The position numbers and the translations under genes are program-made. A stretch of 40,920 nucleotides of DNA from assembly GCA_000004985.1 (NCBI GenBank), contig GG738943.1; one strand, written 5' to 3'. Position 1 is the stretch's first letter. Each line of letters starts with the position of its first letter. This DNA is from Naegleria gruberi. Lineage: Eukaryota. Under the pieces are notes generated by a model that searched no databases, was not told where the DNA came from, and saw only the letters and a list, made by a program, of their open reading frames with translations. Below are positions 34,478-40,920 of this stretch, in pieces.

Positions 34478-34544
34478 GTAGGTTGTTCCAATAATTTCAC
34501 AATTAATTCAATAATGATAATACTATTTAACACATATCATGTAG

Positions 34545-34695
34545 ATTATTCCTCATAGAAAGAAAGGTAAATAGTGCTCATGAGCAGACATTTGTCGTGA
34601 TGGGAACAACAGGTAATGTCTATGATGTTGTTATTGGTGAAGAACCTTCGTGTAATTGTCCTGATGCAGAGAATGGTAATCTGTGTAAACATGTT
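34545..34695 (+). CDS. Exon 2 of the same gene, encoding ...LFLIERKVNSAHEQTFVVMGTTGNVYDVVIGEEPSCNCPDAENGNLCKHVV, a SWIM-type zinc finger (C-x-C-x9-C-x-H).
   Basis: Intron 1 is 34478-34544 (67 nt, acceptor catgtag|a). The donor GTAAGT is at 34696. Frame was verified codon by codon. Confidence 0.6.
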
Positions 34696-34824
34696 GTAAG
34701 TAGTCTTTCCTTTTCTCTCTAATTAATTATCTATCTGTTGTTAATCACATGATGATGTAAATATATTTGTTAATTATTATTATAATGTTGTGTAAATTAA
34801 ATCAAGTTATTCGTTCTGTTGAAG

Positions 34825-35376
34825 GTACTACGTATAGAAGAGTCTTCCTATCTCATCTATCAACATGCCTTGCTACCATCAGAAATAGAGGAAATATTCA
34901 AGAAGGCTCCAGCTAATAATTCCATGGCAAATTCACAAGCCATAGCCACCTACAAACATCTAAAAGGAGAAGAGGAGAGAAATCCCTTCATCACTTCCAA
35001 TTGTCCTATTTGTTGTGATGGATTTTCTCAACTGGATGAACAGAAGGAGGCAGGATATTGTCATTGTTGTGGAGTAAATGTTCATGCGGATTGTTTAAAG
35101 GCATGGAAAGGATTTAATAAGGAGTATCCGTGTCCCATCTGTAAAGCTAGCAAGATGGGAGAAGGAGGAGGTGGTGTTGTTGCTTCTTCTTCTCATCATC
35201 ACTCCAACAACAATCAAGCCAAGATGAATGAAGGCTATTTAAATTTATCTGAATTTCAGCCTGAAATTAAAACTACAGAGAGGGAGTATGTTCATTCTAG
35301 TCGATGGAATCAACGGTACGGCTACAATGATGATGATGAAAGTTCTTCCAATCAAGAAGATGATGAAGAGTATTAA
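34825..35376 (+). CDS. Exon 3 of the same gene. It contains a C4HC3 RING-variant/PHD-like finger (CPICCDGF...YCHCCGVNVHADC...CPICK), Gly-, Ser-, His- and Asn-rich runs and an acidic tail. The overall SWIM plus RING-variant layout resembles the MEKK1 N-terminus and ZSWIM2 (MEX) E3 ligases.
   Basis: Intron 2 is 34696-34824 (129 nt, acceptor tgttgaag|g). An ORF of 184 codons ends at TAA 35374-35376. Cysteine and histidine spacing was read directly. Confidence 0.65.
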   Translation, partial: VLRIEESSYLIYQHALLPSEIEEIFKKAPANNSMANSQAIATYKHLKGEEERNPFITSNCPICCDGFSQLDEQKEAGYCHCCGVNVHADCLKAWKGFNKEYPCPICKASKMGEGGGGVVASSSHHHSNNNQAKMNEGYLNLSEFQPEIKTTEREYVHSSRWNQRYGYNDDDESSSNQEDDEEY

Positions 35377-35527
35377 TGTGAGTGAATAATATTGAAATTT
35401 TTATTTTGTTTTTTTGATGGATGAAATTTTTCTTTGCTTTTTCATTTTTAATTGTTGTTGTGGCGGGAAATGTTTACTGTAAATAATAAGAATTTTTCAA
35501 AATATTAATTTTATATTATAATACAAT

Positions 35528-35763
35528 TTATTCACTTGCTTTGGAATAGGTTTCCTCGTAGCCATCACTGGTAATTTGTCTGTTATTCTTCTTCAAGCTC
35601 AATAATTTCAAAAACATTCTGCTGACGAATCTCACTAAAAAGCCATATGGAATACTGATGAAACCAATGGAAATAGTTATGGCCCATTGATACCAATTCA
35701 ATGGAATGGTCTGTGTAAAATTGGAGGCAGTCAAACCATCATTCTTACCCAAACCAATAAGAA
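35528..35763 (-). CDS. C-terminal 78 codons of a P-type cation ATPase, most likely a type II Ca2+-ATPase. This is the last transmembrane helix (PLNWYQWAITISIGFISIPYGFLVRFV) plus the cytosolic tail. The rest of the gene lies in the 3.86-kb N-run.
   Basis: TGA at 35528-35530 (minus strand), followed immediately by an AATAAA overlapping the stop. The L-N-W-x-Q-W...G-x-x-S-x-P motif matches the TM10 region of PMCA/SERCA-family pumps. The apparent N-terminus at 39670 in the ORF track is an artefact. Confidence 0.5.
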
Positions 35764-38700
35764 NNNNNNNNNNNNNNNNNNNNNNNNNNNNNNNNNNNNN
35801 NNNNNNNNNNNNNNNNNNNNNNNNNNNNNNNNNNNNNNNNNNNNNNNNNNNNNNNNNNNNNNNNNNNNNNNNNNNNNNNNNNNNNNNNNNNNNNNNNNNN
35901 NNNNNNNNNNNNNNNNNNNNNNNNNNNNNNNNNNNNNNNNNNNNNNNNNNNNNNNNNNNNNNNNNNNNNNNNNNNNNNNNNNNNNNNNNNNNNNNNNNNN
36001 NNNNNNNNNNNNNNNNNNNNNNNNNNNNNNNNNNNNNNNNNNNNNNNNNNNNNNNNNNNNNNNNNNNNNNNNNNNNNNNNNNNNNNNNNNNNNNNNNNNN
36101 NNNNNNNNNNNNNNNNNNNNNNNNNNNNNNNNNNNNNNNNNNNNNNNNNNNNNNNNNNNNNNNNNNNNNNNNNNNNNNNNNNNNNNNNNNNNNNNNNNNN
36201 NNNNNNNNNNNNNNNNNNNNNNNNNNNNNNNNNNNNNNNNNNNNNNNNNNNNNNNNNNNNNNNNNNNNNNNNNNNNNNNNNNNNNNNNNNNNNNNNNNNN
36301 NNNNNNNNNNNNNNNNNNNNNNNNNNNNNNNNNNNNNNNNNNNNNNNNNNNNNNNNNNNNNNNNNNNNNNNNNNNNNNNNNNNNNNNNNNNNNNNNNNNN
36401 NNNNNNNNNNNNNNNNNNNNNNNNNNNNNNNNNNNNNNNNNNNNNNNNNNNNNNNNNNNNNNNNNNNNNNNNNNNNNNNNNNNNNNNNNNNNNNNNNNNN
36501 NNNNNNNNNNNNNNNNNNNNNNNNNNNNNNNNNNNNNNNNNNNNNNNNNNNNNNNNNNNNNNNNNNNNNNNNNNNNNNNNNNNNNNNNNNNNNNNNNNNN
36601 NNNNNNNNNNNNNNNNNNNNNNNNNNNNNNNNNNNNNNNNNNNNNNNNNNNNNNNNNNNNNNNNNNNNNNNNNNNNNNNNNNNNNNNNNNNNNNNNNNNN
36701 NNNNNNNNNNNNNNNNNNNNNNNNNNNNNNNNNNNNNNNNNNNNNNNNNNNNNNNNNNNNNNNNNNNNNNNNNNNNNNNNNNNNNNNNNNNNNNNNNNNN
36801 NNNNNNNNNNNNNNNNNNNNNNNNNNNNNNNNNNNNNNNNNNNNNNNNNNNNNNNNNNNNNNNNNNNNNNNNNNNNNNNNNNNNNNNNNNNNNNNNNNNN
36901 NNNNNNNNNNNNNNNNNNNNNNNNNNNNNNNNNNNNNNNNNNNNNNNNNNNNNNNNNNNNNNNNNNNNNNNNNNNNNNNNNNNNNNNNNNNNNNNNNNNN
37001 NNNNNNNNNNNNNNNNNNNNNNNNNNNNNNNNNNNNNNNNNNNNNNNNNNNNNNNNNNNNNNNNNNNNNNNNNNNNNNNNNNNNNNNNNNNNNNNNNNNN
37101 NNNNNNNNNNNNNNNNNNNNNNNNNNNNNNNNNNNNNNNNNNNNNNNNNNNNNNNNNNNNNNNNNNNNNNNNNNNNNNNNNNNNNNNNNNNNNNNNNNNN
37201 NNNNNNNNNNNNNNNNNNNNNNNNNNNNNNNNNNNNNNNNNNNNNNNNNNNNNNNNNNNNNNNNNNNNNNNNNNNNNNNNNNNNNNNNNNNNNNNNNNNN
37301 NNNNNNNNNNNNNNNNNNNNNNNNNNNNNNNNNNNNNNNNNNNNNNNNNNNNNNNNNNNNNNNNNNNNNNNNNNNNNNNNNNNNNNNNNNNNNNNNNNNN
37401 NNNNNNNNNNNNNNNNNNNNNNNNNNNNNNNNNNNNNNNNNNNNNNNNNNNNNNNNNNNNNNNNNNNNNNNNNNNNNNNNNNNNNNNNNNNNNNNNNNNN
37501 NNNNNNNNNNNNNNNNNNNNNNNNNNNNNNNNNNNNNNNNNNNNNNNNNNNNNNNNNNNNNNNNNNNNNNNNNNNNNNNNNNNNNNNNNNNNNNNNNNNN
37601 NNNNNNNNNNNNNNNNNNNNNNNNNNNNNNNNNNNNNNNNNNNNNNNNNNNNNNNNNNNNNNNNNNNNNNNNNNNNNNNNNNNNNNNNNNNNNNNNNNNN
37701 NNNNNNNNNNNNNNNNNNNNNNNNNNNNNNNNNNNNNNNNNNNNNNNNNNNNNNNNNNNNNNNNNNNNNNNNNNNNNNNNNNNNNNNNNNNNNNNNNNNN
37801 NNNNNNNNNNNNNNNNNNNNNNNNNNNNNNNNNNNNNNNNNNNNNNNNNNNNNNNNNNNNNNNNNNNNNNNNNNNNNNNNNNNNNNNNNNNNNNNNNNNN
37901 NNNNNNNNNNNNNNNNNNNNNNNNNNNNNNNNNNNNNNNNNNNNNNNNNNNNNNNNNNNNNNNNNNNNNNNNNNNNNNNNNNNNNNNNNNNNNNNNNNNN
38001 NNNNNNNNNNNNNNNNNNNNNNNNNNNNNNNNNNNNNNNNNNNNNNNNNNNNNNNNNNNNNNNNNNNNNNNNNNNNNNNNNNNNNNNNNNNNNNNNNNNN
38101 NNNNNNNNNNNNNNNNNNNNNNNNNNNNNNNNNNNNNNNNNNNNNNNNNNNNNNNNNNNNNNNNNNNNNNNNNNNNNNNNNNNNNNNNNNNNNNNNNNNN
38201 NNNNNNNNNNNNNNNNNNNNNNNNNNNNNNNNNNNNNNNNNNNNNNNNNNNNNNNNNNNNNNNNNNNNNNNNNNNNNNNNNNNNNNNNNNNNNNNNNNNN
38301 NNNNNNNNNNNNNNNNNNNNNNNNNNNNNNNNNNNNNNNNNNNNNNNNNNNNNNNNNNNNNNNNNNNNNNNNNNNNNNNNNNNNNNNNNNNNNNNNNNNN
38401 NNNNNNNNNNNNNNNNNNNNNNNNNNNNNNNNNNNNNNNNNNNNNNNNNNNNNNNNNNNNNNNNNNNNNNNNNNNNNNNNNNNNNNNNNNNNNNNNNNNN
38501 NNNNNNNNNNNNNNNNNNNNNNNNNNNNNNNNNNNNNNNNNNNNNNNNNNNNNNNNNNNNNNNNNNNNNNNNNNNNNNNNNNNNNNNNNNNNNNNNNNNN
38601 NNNNNNNNNNNNNNNNNNNNNNNNNNNNNNNNNNNNNNNNNNNNNNNNNNNNNNNNNNNNNNNNNNNNNNNNNNNNNNNNNNNNNNNNNNNNNNNNNNNN

Positions 38701-39638
38701 NNNNNNNNNNNNNNNNNNNNNNNNNNNNNNNNNNNNNNNNNNNNNNNNNNNNNNNNNNNNNNNNNNNNNNNNNNNNNNNNNNNNNNNNNNNNNNNNNNNN
38801 NNNNNNNNNNNNNNNNNNNNNNNNNNNNNNNNNNNNNNNNNNNNNNNNNNNNNNNNNNNNNNNNNNNNNNNNNNNNNNNNNNNNNNNNNNNNNNNNNNNN
38901 NNNNNNNNNNNNNNNNNNNNNNNNNNNNNNNNNNNNNNNNNNNNNNNNNNNNNNNNNNNNNNNNNNNNNNNNNNNNNNNNNNNNNNNNNNNNNNNNNNNN
39001 NNNNNNNNNNNNNNNNNNNNNNNNNNNNNNNNNNNNNNNNNNNNNNNNNNNNNNNNNNNNNNNNNNNNNNNNNNNNNNNNNNNNNNNNNNNNNNNNNNNN
39101 NNNNNNNNNNNNNNNNNNNNNNNNNNNNNNNNNNNNNNNNNNNNNNNNNNNNNNNNNNNNNNNNNNNNNNNNNNNNNNNNNNNNNNNNNNNNNNNNNNNN
39201 NNNNNNNNNNNNNNNNNNNNNNNNNNNNNNNNNNNNNNNNNNNNNNNNNNNNNNNNNNNNNNNNNNNNNNNNNNNNNNNNNNNNNNNNNNNNNNNNNNNN
39301 NNNNNNNNNNNNNNNNNNNNNNNNNNNNNNNNNNNNNNNNNNNNNNNNNNNNNNNNNNNNNNNNNNNNNNNNNNNNNNNNNNNNNNNNNNNNNNNNNNNN
39401 NNNNNNNNNNNNNNNNNNNNNNNNNNNNNNNNNNNNNNNNNNNNNNNNNNNNNNNNNNNNNNNNNNNNNNNNNNNNNNNNNNNNNNNNNNNNNNNNNNNN
39501 NNNNNNNNNNNNNNNNNNNNNNNNNNNNNNNNNNNNNNNNNNNNNNNNNNNNNNNNNNNNNNNNNNNNNNNNNNNNNNNNNNNNNNNNNNNNNNNNNNNN
39601 NNNNNNNNNNNNNNNNNNNNNNNGAACTGTCAGAGCTT

Positions 39639-40592
39639 TCATACTTTCTCAGTTGAGTGATTAATGACACCTGTACATTTGTAAATATGTTGTGAATTTG
39701 GATTTCTATATTCGGAAGTTTCTGGTCTTATCATGCAATGAGTTTCAGATGAAACAAATGTTGCAAAACAACTCTTTTTAAAGTATTCTTGCTCTAATAG
39801 AGTCCAATCAGAACTATCTATTGATAAAGAGCTTAAAAATTTGACATCTTGACCATTGACATTTAGAGATTCACAATCAGCTCTGTAAAATTTCCAAAAA
39901 TCTTCAATAGAAACGTTGCCAGATTGACGACACTGTCTTCTCTCATAACCAATCTCTCCCAGAGTTTCTCTCGATGCCTTCTTACAAAATGTCAGAAATC
40001 TGTCACTTCTCAAAAAAAGTGGAAAAACGTCTTCTTTGAGCTGTCTCTTAACTGTCACTAATGCTTCATCAAAAATGTTAATTGGATCCACCATTATAAA
40101 GGTAGAAGTCTCACTCATTGAAAAGCTCGTTTGCTTATTTGTTGAAGTTTCTGAATGTTCATCACTTTCGTTTTCTTTCTTATTGAGCATTTGCTTACTA
40201 TTAGAAACATGTTTCAACTCACAATTTTGTGGACTATTACCTAACAATCTCTTCACCCTCTCAAGTACTTGATTTCTCTCTCTTTTTCCAATGTTAATTT
40301 CATGCGCGGAGCCAACAACAATAAAACGCTCTACAATATTCTGAGCAAGTTTCGTCTGAAGTTCAGTCAGAGCTTGTCCTTCGAATGATTTAAATTCGAG
40401 AACTTTCTCATAGAAGAGGATAGCTTCTGGGGAATGTAAACTCTTCATTAGGAATTCTTTGAATAATTTCATCGTTCTTTGGTTGAGTATGACCTTGTCA
40501 AAGACAAATTGAAATTGTAAAGTGGTAGCATTTTGGTCAATGGATGTAGATGTTGTGGTATTGTTGGTGGTAGAGTTATTCTTGTGAGTCAT
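39639..40592 (-). CDS. Regulator of G-protein signalling (RGS) domain protein, 317 aa, intronless. The N-terminus is T/N-rich low complexity. The RGS domain carries a ~40-aa insertion.
   Basis: ATG at 40590-40592 and TGA at 39639-39641. RGS signature blocks read directly: MKLFKEFLMKSLHSPEAILFYEKVLEFK, AQNIVERFIVVGSAHEINIGKRERNQV, and DEALVTVKRQLKEDVFPLFLRSDRFLTF. Confidence 0.75.
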   Translation of the reverse strand: MTHKNNSTTNNTTTSTSIDQNATTLQFQFVFDKVILNQRTMKLFKEFLMKSLHSPEAILFYEKVLEFKSFEGQALTELQTKLAQNIVERFIVVGSAHEINIGKRERNQVLERVKRLLGNSPQNCELKHVSNSKQMLNKKENESDEHSETSTNKQTSFSMSETSTFIMVDPINIFDEALVTVKRQLKEDVFPLFLRSDRFLTFCKKASRETLGEIGYERRQCRQSGNVSIEDFWKFYRADCESLNVNGQDVKFLSSLSIDSSDWTLLEQEYFKKSCFATFVSSETHCMIRPETSEYRNPNSQHIYKCTGVINHSTEKV

Positions 40593-40920
40593 GTTTTGTT
40601 TTTTTGGTCAATTTTTCAGATAGTTTCGAATAACTTTATTGTTGGGCAGGTTTTTAAAATTTGCCTTTTTAGTAATTTGTTTGCCTGTCATTTCAATGCT
40701 CCTGAAAAATTGAGATTAATTGTGTCATCAAATCCATAAAAATCCTTGTTCTGTAAAAGTTTCGGCCACTTTCAGTTTCTAATTTGGTAAAATTTGGTTT
40801 TTCACATGACAAGTTTTCAAATTCATGTTCTCATACCTTATTTCTAGCACCATTGGTTCATTTAAAGTGATATTGGTAACCCAGATTCGAATAGTTTTAT
40901 ATTCGAAATGCATCCATTAT

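Noticed and set aside
34270-34494. 74-aa + strand ORF inside exon 1 of the SWIM/RING gene.
   Set aside because: An alternative frame of a supported exon, ending at the intron-1 donor region.
35687-39670. Plus-strand 1316-1325-aa ORFs, and the apparent N-terminus MSLITQLRKYESSDS of the minus-strand ATPase ORF at 39670.
   Set aside because: Artefacts of the N-run 35764-39623. The MSLITQ... start overlaps the 3' end of the RGS gene and is a chance ORF. The true ATPase N-terminus lies in the gap.
40036-40739. ORFs 40036-40272 (+) and 40533-40739 (+).
   Set aside because: Antisense to the RGS coding sequence and its 5' UTR. No supporting signals.
1-40920. Prokaryote-style novel system (CRISPR array, defence island, operon).
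   Set aside because: The DNA is clearly eukaryotic: a telomere, spliceosomal introns, a LINE poly(A) tail and AATAAA signals. No direct-repeat/spacer array or operonic gene arrangement is present in the visible 28% of the window.

Overview
This window is eukaryotic nuclear DNA, not prokaryotic. About 72% of it is unknown: four N-runs (995-4364, 9526-13552, 15071-33350, 35764-39623) total 29,537 of 40,920 nt. Every N-run starts or ends inside a coding sequence, so all gene models here are partial. The giant ORFs in the supplied track that run through N stretches are artefacts.

The visible sequence shows a chromosome end and a compact, AT-rich gene region with short spliceosomal introns:
- Positions 1-~400 carry about 60 tandem CCCAAA units (TTTGGG on the G-strand), oriented as a left telomere.
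- A ~110-bp direct-repeat pair at 4376-4486 and 6325-6434 flanks a 1.9-kb ORF-free block. A partial copy of the same motif sits at the telomere junction (~405-440).
- A 5'-truncated LINE-like 3' end lies at ~6627-7063: a CCHC zinc knuckle, an AATAAA signal and an A10 tail.
- A two-exon hypothetical gene on the + strand starts at 8294 and has a 54-nt intron.
- A near-complete alkyldihydroxyacetone-phosphate synthase (AGPS, ether-lipid pathway) gene is on the - strand at 13553-15011, with an intact HHHGVGK motif.
- The C-terminal NHL-like exon of a + strand gene ends at 33794.
- A three-exon SAP-SWIM-C4HC3 RING-variant gene spans 33978-35376, with a MEKK1/ZSWIM2-like architecture.
- The C-terminal fragment of a P-type (Ca2+-type) ATPase is on the - strand at 35528-35763.
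- An intronless RGS-domain gene is on the - strand at 39639-40592.

Intergenic spacers are short: 184 bp between the NHL gene and the next start, and 150 bp tail-to-tail at 35376/35528. Visible introns are 54, 67 and 129 nt. Coding regions carry His, Asn and Thr homopolymer runs. These traits resemble amoebozoan (dictyostelid-like) protist genomes, but that is inference only.

I found no tRNA or rRNA, no CRISPR array and no prokaryote-type defence or operon system. The most interesting content is the telomere and subtelomere architecture: the TTTGGG telomere, the telomere-associated repeat family and the terminal LINE remnant.
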